DNA from: Anaeramoeba ignava BMAN
Taxonomy: Eukaryota > Protista > Anaeramoebae
NCBI GenBank assembly: GCA_028826165.1
Contig: JAPDFW010000072.1
Location: 186,001 to 250,000 of the forward strand
Direction of reading: 5' to 3'
Length of the DNA stretch: 64,000 nucleotides
The notes beneath the pieces are model-generated. The model was not told the DNA's origin. It did not search any database and worked only from the letters and a program-made list of their open reading frames with translations. Positions 21,201 to 35,100 of the stretch are shown here, one piece after another (position 1 is the stretch's first letter; every line of letters begins with the position of its first letter). The translations under genes were made by a program, and so were the position numbers.

Positions 21201-24200
21201 TGGGCAATTTCTTATATTTCTGATGGTCCAAATGAAATGATTCAAGCTGTAATCGAATCAGGATTACTTTTTCGAGTTGTGAATTTACTTTCGTAATTAA
21301 AATTTTATTGAAATAAATTTTTTCCAAACAAAATCAAAAATTAAAACAAAAATAAGACATAAATCTATTGAAATTCAAGTTCCTGCTCTTCGTATTGTTG
21401 GAAATATTGTTTCTGGAGATGATGAACAAGCTCAAACAGTTATTGATTTTAATGCTGTTCCACATTTTTTGAAATTATTATCAAGTGATAAAGGTTCTAT
21501 AAGGTTTATAATTTTTTCCTTTTAGATTTTAAAGAAAAAAACCAAAAAAGAACTCAATTCCTTTTTTATTTTTTTTTAGAAAGGAAACCTGTTGGACAAT
21601 TTCAAATATTACTGCTGGAACTCAAGATCAAATTCAAACTATTTTGGATGCAGGAATTATTCCAAAATTAGTTAAAATTATGGACGCAGATTTATTTGCA
21701 GTTAAAAAAGAAGCAGCATGGGCAATTGCAAATGCAAGTTCTGGAGGATCTGTTGAACAAATTGAGTATTTATTTAATTCAATATTTAATTCAACATTAT
21801 TTCAATATTTATTTCAATATTTATTTTTATATTTCAATATTTAATTCAATATTTAATTCAATATTTATTTTTATATTTATTTTAATATTTATTTTAAATA
21901 ACAGAATGAATAAAAAATTTCGGTTTGGAGCCTCTAGATCTCGAATTCCAAGAGAGCTTTTTTCTTTTTGTTTTTTCTTTTTGTTTTTTCTTTTTGTTTT
22001 TTCTTTTTGTTTTTTCTTTTTGTTTTTTCTTTTTGTTTTTTCTAAATTTATCCATATTTTTATCTCGATTGCTGAGATTGAAAACGATTTCTAATTCGTT
22101 AGATACTAAACCTATTGGATGTAAATTTTGGAGTAAAATTCTATTCAAAAATTGGATCAAATTTTGGAGGATGAATCAAAAAGAATTGTAATATTTGTTG
22201 GTATGAATAAATTGGGGAAACGCCTCGAGACATTTTGCATGATATCCAAACTTATCTTGTTTTAAAATATATCTTCTCCACCCACATGCAATATAATAAA
22301 TTGAATATGATTTATAATCTTCTCCTTTTTTGAGTTTTTAATTGGGAAAGTTTCCCCAAACTTATCTTGTTTCAAAATATATCTTCTCCACCCATATGCA
22401 ATATAATAAATTGAATATAATTTATAATCTTCTCATTTTTAGTTTTTATTTTGGAAAGTAAGTTGGAAAAGTGATAATCGATTTTCAAATTTTCCTTTTT
22501 GAAATTTGAAAAGATTCAAAAGTTGAAGTTTCCAATTCATTTCTTGAATTTATAACCAATTAACCGATTTAAATTCAAAATAATTGGAGTTGTGTTGGTG
22601 AGTTGAGAGAGATAATCAAAAAGTAAATTAGTAATTGTGATTTCTTTAAAATTTGCTTTATTTCTTGGTATATTGCCAAAATGCTGATCAGACATATATT
22701 TGGCATGATTTCGAAGAAAGAACATTATTTTAATATCTGGAAATTGTGAAATAAAAATATCAAAAATCGTCTCAAGAACAAAGTTATTCTTAATATGACC
22801 TTATTTATCTGAAAAAATCCTTAATTTTGATATCTGTAATAGATTTTTTTGATATTCCCATTCATGAAATTTGTGTCTAAAATCTTGAAAATTTTGAAGA
22901 ACAAATTGATAAAAATAAGAAAACAAGAAGAAAATTACTTTTTTTTATCATCATTAGAAATGAAATCAAAATAATAAATTTTGTTTTTATAAATCATTTA
23001 AATATTTATTTCAATATTAGGAATATTCCTTACCTTATTAGCTGTTCATCTTATTAATGTTATTCGACAAAAATTGAATCGTGTTTTTGGAAACAATTTA
23101 CTCCCTTAATACTGGATCAACAAAAAATTCTTTTTTTTTATTTAAAATTTATTTTAATCCTTATAATATTAATGAAGAAATTTATCAACTCTTATTTTTG
23201 ATTGTTGTTTTTTTTCTTTAAGAATTTAAATTGGATTTCTTCAAAATTTTCAGTATTGGTTAATTCCCCGATGAAAGAATAAATGCAAAAATCAATCAAA
23301 CCAAATTTATGTCGAGCAACCCTTTGAGAAAAATCATAAGATTTGTTGATTTTCAAGACATCTCAATCTAATCATTTTTGATTTGGATTATCTAAAATTG
23401 TTTTTTGCTTGTTCAATGAGAATTCAAACAAATCCATGCAATAAAAATTTTTGTAGATCTTCTTATTTAAGCAAATTTCGACGATTCTTGAAATGAGATC
23501 AATTATCAGACCAAAAAATGATTATATATTTGGCAAAGTTGGTTATTTCGTTTTTGTAAATCATTTAAATATTTATTTAAATATTTAATTCAATATTTAT
23601 TTTAATTATTTATTTTAATTAATCATTTAAATATTTATTTCAATATTTATTTCATTATGAGAGAAAGGGAGAGGCAAAAATCTCTCAAAATATTTAAAAA
23701 AAGATTGCCCTTTTTATTGAAAAATAAATTAATTTTTTTGTGAAACCTGAAAAATTGAGGTCGCAAAGGTTAATTGAGAAAATTTTATTTTTTGAAAGAA
23801 AAATAAGAAAAAATCAATCAAAATAATTTTGTTCCATAAATCTAAGATGTGATACAAGAGATCATCTTGATTTGGAATATCTAAAATTGTTTCCTTGTTC
23901 AATAATTCAAACAAATTGATAAAAAATTCATGTAGATCTTGTTGATTCAAATTATCAAAATTGACAAAATACTTATCTACTTCCTTTCTCAAATCTTGAA
24001 CTTCTAAATATCTTTTTTAAATTAAAAATATAATGAAAATAAAAGAAGAAATTTCAGCCAATGTTTTGATCAAAATCTGAATAATTGAGGCAATTTCGAA
24101 TTTCGGGAATTAGCTCTTTTTCTTCTTTTTTTTTTTTAATTTGATTTTTAAAACTGGAATATGAGAGTTTTTGAGGAGGCTCATTTTCCATTTTTTTTTT

Positions 24201-24617
24201 TAAATAATAGAATGAATAAAAATTTTCGTTTTTCTTTTTCCAAGAGCTTTTTCTTTTTGTTTTTTCTTGTTTTTTTCTTTTTGTTTTTCTTTTTGTTTTT
24301 CTAAATTTATCCATATTTTTATCTCGATTGCTGAGATTGAAAACGATTTCTAATTCGTTATTTTTAGATACTAAACCTATTGTATATAAATTTTGGAGTA
24401 AAATTTTATTCAAAAATTGGATCAAATATTTTGGAGGATGAATCAAAAAGAATTATAAGTAATAGCAATAATAACAATAACAATAATAACAATAATAATG
24501 ATAATGATAATAATAATAAAGATAATGATAATGATAATGATAATAATGAAAGATAATGATAATAATAATAAAGATAATGATAATGATAATAATAAAGATA
24601 ATGATAATAATAATAAA

Positions 24618-24680
<63 letters not shown>

Positions 24681-24789
24681 AATAATGATAATAATAATGA
24701 TAATAATAATGATAATAACAATAATAATAATAATAAAGATAATGATAATAATAATAAAGATAATGATAATGATAATAATAATAATAATG

Positions 24790-24844
<55 letters not shown>

Positions 24845-24882
24845 CAATAATAATGATAATAATAATAATAATGATAATAATA

Positions 24883-24929
<47 letters not shown>

Positions 24930-25009
24930 CAATAATGATAATGATAATAATAATGATAATAATAATAATAACAATAATAATAAAGATAATGATAATGATA
25001 ATGATAATG

Positions 25010-25040
<31 letters not shown>

Positions 25041-27173
25041 CAATGAAGAAATACAAAAAGAAAAAAAAGAAAAACTAAGCAAAACTGATAAAATACTCGT
25101 AAAAGCAAATGAAAATGAAAAATATTATCAAAATATAATAAAATTCTTAATAAAAATTTTTAAAAAAAGAGATAAGGACTAATAATCTCCTTCAAAAAAA
25201 AAAGAATTGTAAGATTTGTTGGCATGAATAAAATTGGATATCATGTAAAATGTCTCGAGGCGTTTCCCCAAACTTATCTTGTTTTAAAATATATCTTCTC
25301 CACCCATATACAATATAATAAATTGGATCTTATTTATAATCTTCTCCTTTTTGAATTTTTAATTGGGAAACTAAGTTGGAAAAGTGATAATCGATTTTCA
25401 AATTTTCCTTTTTGAAATTTGAAAAGATTCAAAAGTTGAAGTTTCCAATTCATTTCTTGAATTTATAGCTAATTAATTGATTTAAATTCAAAATAATTGG
25501 AGTTGTGTTAATAAGTTGAGAGAGATAATCAAAAAGTAAATTAGTAATTGTGATTTCTTTAAAATTTGCTTTATTTCTTGGTATATTGCCAAAATGCTGA
25601 TCAGACATATATTTGGCATGATTTCGAAGAAAGAACATTATTTTAATATCTGGAAATTGTGAACTAAAAATATCAAAAATCGTCTCAAGAACAAAGTTAT
25701 TCTTAATATGACCTTATTTATCTGAAAAAATCCTTAATTTTGATATATGTAATAGATTTTTTTGATATTCCCATTCATGAAATTTGTGTCTAAAATCTTG
25801 AAAATTTTGAAGAACAAATCGATAAAAATAAGAAAACAAGAAGAAAATTACTTTTTTTTATCATCATCAGAAATGAAATCAAAATAATAAATTTCGTTTT
25901 TATAAATCATTTAAATATTCAATATAACATTTAATATAATATTTAATATAATATTTATTATAATATTTAATATAATATTTATTTCAATATTTAATATAAT
26001 ATTTAATATAATATTTAATCTAATATTTAATCTAATATTTAATATAATATTTATTTCAATATTTATTTCAATATTTATTTCAATATTTAATATAATATTT
26101 ATTATAATATTTATTTTGATATTTATTTTAATATTTAATTTAATATTTATTATAATATTTATTTCAATATTTATTTCAATATTTATTTAATATAATATTT
26201 ATTTCAAAATTAATATTTTTATTATAATATTTAATAATAAAATAATATTTCGTTTTTATAAATTATTTCAATATTCAATATAATATTTAATTCAATATTT
26301 ATTTCAATATTTTTATCAATATTTATTTCAATATTTTTATCAAATTTATTTCAATATTTATTTCAATATTTATTTTCAATATTTATTTCAATATTTTATT
26401 TCAATATTTATTTTAATATTTATTTTTGATATTTATTTTCAATATTTATTTCAATATTTATTTCAATATTTATTTCAATATTTATTTCAATATTTTATTT
26501 CATATTTATTTAATATTTTAATATTTAATATAATATTTAATATTTATTATAATATTTAATTCAATATTTAAATTTAATATTTAATATAATATTTATTTCA
26601 ATATTTATTTCAATATTTAATATAATATTTATTTCAATATTTATTTCAATATTTATTTTGATATTTATTTTCAATATTTATTTCAATATTTATTTCAATA
26701 TTTATTATAATATTTATTTCAATATTTATTTCAATATTTATTATAATATTTATTTCAATATTTATTATAATATTTAATATAATATTTAATATAATATTTA
26801 ATATAATATTTAATATAATATTTAATTCAATATTTATTTTAGATTTTTAGTTGAAACTGAAAATTGTTTAAATACTTTTTGTGGATTACTTCGTTTTACT
26901 TCAGATCCTCGATTAACTTTGGTCGTTCTTGAAGGATTAAAAAATATTCTTGATTTAAAAAATATTCCAAGAATTGGGGATAAATATATTGCAATGTTAG
27001 ACAAAATTGGAGCATGGAATTTAATAGAAAAATTACAAATTCATCAAAATCAAGAAATTTATGAAAAAGCGAATCATCTTATTGAAGAATTTTTTATCCC
27101 TTATAAAGGAATGGAAATAGAATTATGGTCAATATTTTCAAAAGAATTTGAAAAAACAGATCAAATCTTTTAA
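18202..27173 (+). CDS. Importin-alpha (karyopherin alpha)-like ARM protein, multi-exon. Exons 18202-18438, 19682-19858, 20090-20221, 20305-(garbled)-20793, 21129-21292, 21357-21503, 21580-21765, 26843-27173
   Basis: Spliced motifs [115 protein letters not shown]. Region 20340-20700 is garbled. Confidence 0.9.
18475..19630. repeat. 11-bp tandem repeat (AAATACAATTT)n in importin-alpha intron 1
   Basis: Directly visible. Confidence 0.93.
21893..22995 (+). pseudogene. Decayed gene fragment, copy A1 (kinase-like remnant), inside the last importin-alpha intron
   Basis: Closely similar to 24200-25910. Broken frames give kinase-like pieces IV(R/I)FVG, YLVLKY, SWK, SDIY-FGMI. Confidence 0.45.
23729..23992 (-). 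pseudogene. Ubiquitin-specific protease (C19) fragment in an intron; second degenerate copy at ~23370-23500
   Basis: [20 protein letters not shown] matches the USP QQD box. No Cys box or His box found nearby. Confidence 0.6.
24200..25910 (+). pseudogene. Decayed gene fragment, copy A2, interrupted by a 754-bp insert
   Basis: Colinear with A1 except for the insert at 24455-25208. Confidence 0.5.
24455..25208 (+). mobile_element. Insert of (AAT/GAT)n Asn/Asp-coding sequence + ORF tail + A-run, flanked by a 10-bp direct repeat AAAAAGAATT
   Basis: The empty site is visible in copy A1 at ~22170-22190. Direct repeats at 24445-24454 and 25199-25208. A10 at 25194-25203. Confidence 0.5.
25915..26840. 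repeat. 12-bp tandem repeat (ATTTATTTCAAT / ATTTAATATAAT)n in the last importin-alpha intron
   Basis: Directly visible. Confidence 0.9.
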
Positions 27174-27577
27174 TTTGTTTTTTTATTTGCTATTATTTTG
27201 CTTTTTATTTTTTTTTTAATTAAATTTTAAATAAAAAATTTTTGATCTTTTTTATTTTGTTTTTGTTTTATTTTGTTTTTGTTTTGTTTTGTTTTGTTTT
27301 TTTTATTTTGTTTTGTTTTGTTTTGTTGGAATTGAATTGGAATTTCCTCTTTTTTTTAATAAATAAAAATAAAAATAAAAATAAAAAAATAAAAAAATAT
27401 AATTAAGAATCAGTTTGACAAACTTTTTTTCTTTTATTTTAAATTTCTTGAACTTTACACAGTTATCAATTATCAAAGCAACAAAAACAAAATCATAATG
27501 AAAGTAAAAGAAAGAAAAAAAAAACGGAAAAAAAACAAAAAGAAAAAGAATAAGAAAAAAAAATAATAAAAAAAGAA

Positions 27578-27931
27578 CTATTTCATCATTTGAGATTTTT
27601 GATACAAATTAAATCTCAAAGAATCATTATTAACAGTATTTTGCTCTTTAATAAAGCGCATATCCATAGCAATAGGATTAACAGATCTATCAGGAGGAGA
27701 ATCAAAAGGAAAGTTAGTTTCTAATTGGTTTACAAAAGCTTTTTTTTGAGAAACCCCCCAATTTGTTGCTTCGCTAAATTTCCAAGGTTGTGGTGATACT
27801 ATTCTTGGTACTTTCTCGCTGAATATTATATTCCCTATAAATTCTTCTTGTTCTTTGTAATATTTTTCCCCATTTTCTTCTATTGTTTCGGTTGCTGTCG
27901 TTTTTGTTTTTATTTTGACTGGTGAAAACAT
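27578..27931 (-). CDS. Small hypothetical protein with an SPPxRxxNPxxxDxxF motif
   Basis: 117-aa ORF with coding composition; FDSPPDRSVNPIAMDMRF; TCATTTT motif upstream. Confidence 0.7.
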   Translation of the reverse strand: MFSPVKIKTKTTATETIEENGEKYYKEQEEFIGNIIFSEKVPRIVSPQPWKFSEATNWGVSQKKAFVNQLETNFPFDSPPDRSVNPIAMDMRFIKEQNTVNNDSLRFNLYQKSQMMK

Positions 27932-28149
27932 TTTATTTTTATTTTTGTTTTTATTTTTATTTTTATTTTTATTTTTATTTTGTAAGTTTAGATAAAAAAA
28001 ATTTTAATTTTAAAAAAAAATAAAAAATGAAAAAAAAAATTTAAATTAAAAAAATTTTTTATTTATTTTTTAAAACACGTGTAAATATTTTTCCCCTTTT
28101 TTTATTTATTTTTTTTTTCACGATCAAATTATTTTTTATATAAATTTAA

Positions 28150-30900
28150 TTATAAGATTTATTTTAAAATTAAGTTTTAAATTAATTTATAAATAAATTA
28201 TTATTTAAATTATATTTAATTTTCTTATTATATTTTTTATCCAATTTTTTTCCTATTTTCAGTTTTTTTTTTAATTAATTTTTAAATTAAATAATTCCAA
28301 TAATTTATTTTAAAATTAAGTTTTAAATCAATTTATAAATAAATTACTAATAAATTATATTTAATTTTCTTATTATATTTTTGTCCAATTTTTATTAATT
28401 TAATTTCAAATTTTAATTAATTAAATTAAATAATTTCAATAATTTATTTTAAAATTAAATTTTAAATCAATTTATAAATAAATTATTATTAATTATATTT
28501 AATTTTCTTATTATATTTTTATCCAATTTTTTTTATTAATTTAATTTCAAATTTTAATTAATTAATAAATTAAATAATTCCAATAATTTATTTTAAAATT
28601 AAGTTTTAAAATCAATTTATAAATAAATTATTAATAAATTATATTTAATTTTCTTATTATATTTTTATCCAATTTTTTTATCAATTTAATTTCAAATTTT
28701 AATTAATTTTTAATTTTAAATAATTTCGTTAAATTGTTTTTAAAATTAAGTTTTAAATTAATTTATAAGTAAATTATTAATTAATTATATTTAATTTTAT
28801 TATTATATTTTTATCCAATTTTTATTAATTTATTTTCAAGTTTTTAATTAATTAATAAATTAAATAATTTCAATAATTTATTTTAAAATTAAGTTTTAAA
28901 TTAATTTATAAATAAATTATTATTTAATTATATTTAATTTTATAATTATATTTTTATCCAATTTTTTTATTAATTTAATTTCAAATTTTAATTAATTAAT
29001 AAATTAAATAATTTCAATAATTTATTTTAAAATTAAGTTTTAAATCAATTTATAAATAAATTACTAATTAATTATATTTAATTTTATAATTATATTTTTA
29101 TCCAATTTTTATCAATTTAATTTCAAATTTTAATTAATTAATAAATTAAATAATTTCAATAATTTATTTTAAAATTAAGTTTTAAATTAATTTATAAATA
29201 AATTATTAATTAATTATATTTAATTTTCTTATTATATTTTTATCCAATTTTTCCTATTTTCAGTTTTTAATTCTTTTTAATTTAAATAATTCCAATAATT
29301 TATTTTAAAATTAAATTTTAAATTAATTTATAAATAAATTATTAATTAATTATATTTAATTTTATTATTATATTTTTATCCAATTTTTTTATCAATTTAA
29401 TTTCAAATTTTTTAATTAATAAATTTAAATAATTCCAATAATTTATTTTAAAATTAAATTTTAAATCAATTTATAAATAAATTACTATTTAATTATATTT
29501 AATTTTATTATTATATTTTTATCCAATTTTTCCTATTTTCAGTTTTTTTTTTAATTAATTAATAAATTAAATAATTTCAATAATTTATTTTAAAATTAAG
29601 TTTTAAATTAATTTATAAGTAAATTATTAATTAATTATATTTAATTTTCTTATTATATTTTTATCCAATTTTTATTAATTTAATTTCAAATTTTAATTAA
29701 TTTTTAATTTAAATAATTTCAATAATTTATTTTAAAATTAAGTTTTAAATTAATTTATAAGTAAATTATTTAATTAATTATATTTAATTTTCTTATTATA
29801 TTTTTGTCCAATTTTTTTCAATTTATTTTCAGTTTTTAATTAATTAATAAATTAAATAATTCTAATGATTTATTTTAAAATCAAGTTTTAAATTAATTTA
29901 TAAGTAAATTATTAATTAATTATATTTAATTTTCTTATTATATTTTTATCCAATTTTTCCTATTTTCAGTTTTTTTTTAATTAATTTTTAAATTAAATAA
30001 TTCCAATAATTTATTTTAAAATTAAGTTTTAAATCAATTTATAAATAAATTATTAATTAAATTATATTTAATTTTTATATTTATATTTTTATCCAATTTT
30101 TTCCCTATTTTCAGTTTTTTTAATTCTTTTTAATTTAAATAATTCCAATAATTTATTTTTAAAATTAAATTTTAAATTAATTTATAAGTAAATTACTATT
30201 AAATTATATTTAATTTTATTATTATAATTTTTATCCAATTTTTTTATTAATTTAATTCCAAATTTTAATCAATTAATAAATTAAATAATTCCAATAATTT
30301 ATTTTAAAATTAAGTTTTTAAATTAATTTATAAATAAATTATTAATTAATTATATTTAATTTTCTTATTATATTTTTTATCCAATTTTTTTTATTAATTT
30401 AATTTCAAATTTTTAATTAATTAATAAATTAAATAATTCCAATAATTTATTTTAAAATTAAGTTTTAAATCAATTTATAAATAAATTATTAATTAATTAT
30501 ATTTAATTTTATTATTATATTTTTATCCAATTTTTTTTATCAATTTAATTTCAAATTTTAATTCTTTTTTAATTTAAATAATTTCAATAATTTATTTTAA
30601 AATCAAGTTTTAAATTAATTTATAATTAAATTACTATTAAATTATATTTAATTTTATATTTATAATTTTTATCCAATTTTTTTCCTATTTTCAGTTTTTT
30701 TAATTAATTTTTAAATTAAATAATTCCAATAATTTATTTTAAAATTAAGTTTTAAATTAATTTATAAATAAATTATTAATTAATTATATTTAATTTTCTT
30801 ATTTATATTTTTTATCCAATTTTTATCAATTTAATTTCAAATTTTAATTCTTTTTTAATTTAAATAATTTCGTTAAATTGTTTTAAAATTAAGTTTTAAA
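28150..30900. repeat. AT-rich satellite, unit ~136-147 bp, about 19 copies; degenerate copies continue to ~32050
   Basis: TTATTTTAAAATTAAGTTTTAAA recurs at ~28172, 28318, 28457, 28601, 28748, 28891, 29035, 29177 and onward; TTTTATCCAA recurs with the same period. Confidence 0.92.
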
Positions 30901-32189
30901 AATAAAAGAAAAAATTTTTAAAAAGATTTAATTGTTTGAAATATTTAATCCAATTTTTGAAAAGAAAAAAAATTGAAATTTAAAAAGTTAAATGAAAAGA
31001 AAAAGTTAAAGAAGTTTTTCAAACTAATTGGAGCAAAATTAGAAGGATTAAAATATATTTAATTTTATTAAAATTGAATAAAAATTAAAATAAAAATTTA
31101 AATAAAAATTTGAATTAAAATAAAAAAAATTAAAAATTTAAAATTAAGTTTTAAAAAATCAATTACTATTAAATTAAAAATTGGAATAAAAATATATTTT
31201 AAAAATCCAATTTTTTGAATATTTTTTTTTTTAATAAATTTTTAAATTAAATAATTCAAAAAAAATTTGAAAATTAAGTCAAAATAAAATTTATAAATAA
31301 AAAATGAATAAATAATTGGATTTGAAATTATAATTTTTAAAATTAAAATAAAAATTAAAATAAATTTGAATAAAAATTAAATAAAATTTATTTTAAAATT
31401 AAATAAAAATTTAAATAAAAATTGGAATTTAATTTTATATTTAAAATTTTTAAATTTTTAAAAATTTAATTTCAAAATAAAATTAATTTTTAATTTAAAA
31501 ATGGAAAAAATTTTTTTAAAAATTAAGTTTTTAAAAAATTTATAATTAAATTACTATTAAATTATATTTAATTTTCTAATTAAATTTTTTTATAAATTTT
31601 TATTAATAAAATTTCAAATTAAATATAATTAATTAAATATTTAAATTAAATAATTTATTTAAAAATTAAGTTTTAAAATCAATTTTAAATATTTATTAAT
31701 TAATTATATTTAATTTTATATTTATAAATTTTATCCAATTTTTAATTTATTTTAAAAATTTTAATTAATATTTAAATTAAATATTTCAATAATTTATTTT
31801 AAAAATTAAGTTTTAAATCAATTTATAAATAAGTTTTAATTATTTAGATTAAATTATTTATTATAAAATTCAATTTTTATCAATTTAATTTCAAATTTTA
31901 AATTTTTAATTTAAATAATTCCAATAAATTTTAAAATTAAGTTTTAAATTAATTTATAATTAAATATTAATTAATTATATATTTAAATTTTATAATTATA
32001 TTTTTATCCAATTTTTATCAATTTAATTTCAAATTTTTAAATATTTAGATTTAAATATTTAGATTAAATGGTTTTAAAAATAAAAAGAAAAATTTTAAAA
32101 AGATTTTGTTGTTTGAAAGAAGTAAAAATTTTGAAAAGAAAAAGATTGAAAGTAAAAAGATTGAAAAGAAAAAGTTAAAGAAATTTTTT

Positions 32190-35100
32190 TAATTGAGCAA
32201 AATTAGAAACAGAATAATAATATTAACAAAATTGGAATAAAAAAAAAAATAAAAATTAAAATAAAAAATTGGAATAAAAATTGGAATAAAAATTAAAATA
32301 AAAATTGGAATAAAATTTGGAATAAAAATTAAAATAAAAATTAAAATAAAAATTTCAATTATTACTTGTCTTGGTTTAACCCAGAAATAGAAAATTCCAG
32401 AATCTTCATCCATTGTAACCGCTAAAAATTTAGATTAAAAATTTAGATTAAATATTTAGATTAAGAATTTAGATTAAGAATTTAGATTAAAAATTTAGAT
32501 TAAATATTTAGATTAAAAAAATACCGAAATTGGAAACTTGATCATTTTCGTTGAAAGTGATAATAAACTTAGAAAACATTCTCATTGCTTCCATTCCATC
32601 TTCATCACGACAAACATGGGGAAGACCTGAATCTTGTTTAAGAATTCCAGTCAAATAACGTTCACGAACATACTTAATTGCATCAGCTTTATCATCAACA
32701 CTCAATTCAGAATTATTAAGCAATTGAGTGTAGTCTGCCATGATATAAAAAGGATTTGAAATCAAATTACTGAATTGCAAAGATCCTTGTTCCAATGCTT
32801 TTTGTGTTTCAATACTTTCAAGTTTGATTCTTAAAAAGAAAATTTCATTTAACAATTTTTGCATTTTAGATCCAAGTCCATCACAAGAATAATAAGCCTT
32901 AATTTAATTTAAATTTTAATTTTAAATTGATTTTTAATTGATTTTTAATTCATTTTAATTGATTTAATTGATTTAATTGATTTTAATTGATTTAATTGAT
33001 TTAATTGATTTAATTCATTTTAATTGATTTTAATTGATTTAATTGATTTTAATTCATTTTTGATTTAATTGATTTTTAGATTTATTTTCATTTTAATTGA
33101 TTTTTAAATTCATTTTTAGATTTAAATCATTTTGATTTTTTTTTTGATTTTAATTCATTTTTAGATTTTAAATGATTTTTAGATTTTTTGATTTTAATTA
33201 ATTTATTTTTTTTTAGATTTAATTTTTGATTTATTGATTTGATTTAATTGATTTTTAATTTATTTTTTTAGATTGATTCATTTTTAGATTTAATTGATTT
33301 TTAGATTTAATTGATTTTTATTTAGATTTAATTCATTTTTTTTAAGATTTAATTGATTTTTAATTTATTTAATTCATTTTTTTAGATTTAATTGATTTAA
33401 TTGATTTTTTTAATTTATTTAATTGATTTAATTGATTTAATTGATTTAATTTATTTTAATTCATTTTTTAGATTTAATTGATTTTAATTGATTTAATTCA
33501 TTTTTAGATTTTAATTTTTAGATTTTTTTTTGATTTTTAGATTTAATTCATTTTTAGATTTAATTTTATTTTTAGATTTATTTTTTAGATTTAATTTTAA
33601 ATTTTTTTTAATTTAATTCATTTTTTTAGATTTTTTTTTTGATTACTTGATTGTGATTAACAAAAAATGTTAATAGTTGGCTTTCTGGATCATATTCAAA
33701 AGAAAAATTTGATTTCGATAAACTTGAACTAACAAATCGGAATAATACAACTTTGAATAAACGAAGCCCTTCTTTACCAAGTTCTGTTTTAGCAACTTCT
33801 TGATAAGCTTTCAAAATGGAAGGAAGATAACGTTCACTAATATATTCAAAAGCTTTTCCTTTATCATCTTGATCAATATCAGAACTTTTCAAAAATCTAT
33901 TTAAAAAAATTAAATTCCAAAAGAAAATTAAATCCAAAAAAAGAAAAAAAAGAATAAATTTTTTTACTCTTTCATTTCCAATCGGATCTCAATTGGTTGT
34001 TCATTATTAATTAACTGAGCAAATTTAGTGGAATAACTATTAATATTTGGTTCATATTTTGATGAATTTTCCCAAACATTCAAATTGTAATTATCATTCA
34101 ATAATTTTCTTAATCTTGATTCCAAACCACTTGAATCATAATAATATTGACTGGCATTAATATTAAAAACAAGTGTTTGATCTTTATCTTCCAAAGTGAA
34201 TGAAAAATTTGAGTTTTGATTATCAGTATGAGTTCTTAAAACAAGTTTGCTAATCATTAAGAGTACTTTTTTTCCTGATTCTGTTTTGGAAATGCCTTCA
34301 AAAGCCTTTTTAATGTTTGGTAAATATCTTTCAGTAATTTGGTTATAGATTTTTCCTTTATCATCTTGATCAACATTTGTTGAGAATAAGAAACTAATAA
34401 ATAATAATTATAAAAATAATAAATAATAAAAATAAATATTAAATATTTTTTTTTGAATTTCGTTTTAAATCAAATTGCCTTGTTATATCTAAAGTAATAA
34501 TAAAACCTTCATCAACTCCTGGAACTGATTTGAATTGTTGGTTGTGTTTATCAATCAAAGGAGTCATTTTGTCATTTTCAATCAAAACATTCAAATTGTA
34601 ATTATCATCCAATAATTTTCTTAATCTTGATTCCAAACCACTTGAATCATAATAATATTGATTATAATTAATATTAAAAACCATGGTTTTCTTTTCGTCT
34701 TCCAAAGTAAATGAGAAGTTTGAATTTTGAGTATCAGTATGAGTTCTTAAAATAAGTTTGTAAATGTTTTTAAAAATATTTTTTCCAATAATATCTTTTG
34801 CGATTCCTTCAAAAGCCTTAAAAATGTTTGGTAAATATCTTTCAGTAATTTGGTTGTAGATCTTTCCTTTATCATCTTGATCAACATCTGTTGAGAATAA
34901 GAAACTAATAATAAATAAATAATAAATAAATAATAAATAAATAAAATTAATTTGTTTGTAATTTAATATTTTATTATTTAATATTTTACTTTTGAATATC
35001 CAATTCAATCAGAAATTGTTGTAAATCAAATGATTTTACGAATTTTGCATTAAATTCAATTATTGAGGTTTCGTTTTTATTACTTGATAACATAATATTC

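Noticed and set aside
30900-32250. Apparent duplicated last exon and 3' UTR of the repeat-protein gene with degenerate satellite copies
   Set aside because: Both copies are garbled hybrids of flanking sequence, consistent with a consensus artefact at a collapsed repeat.
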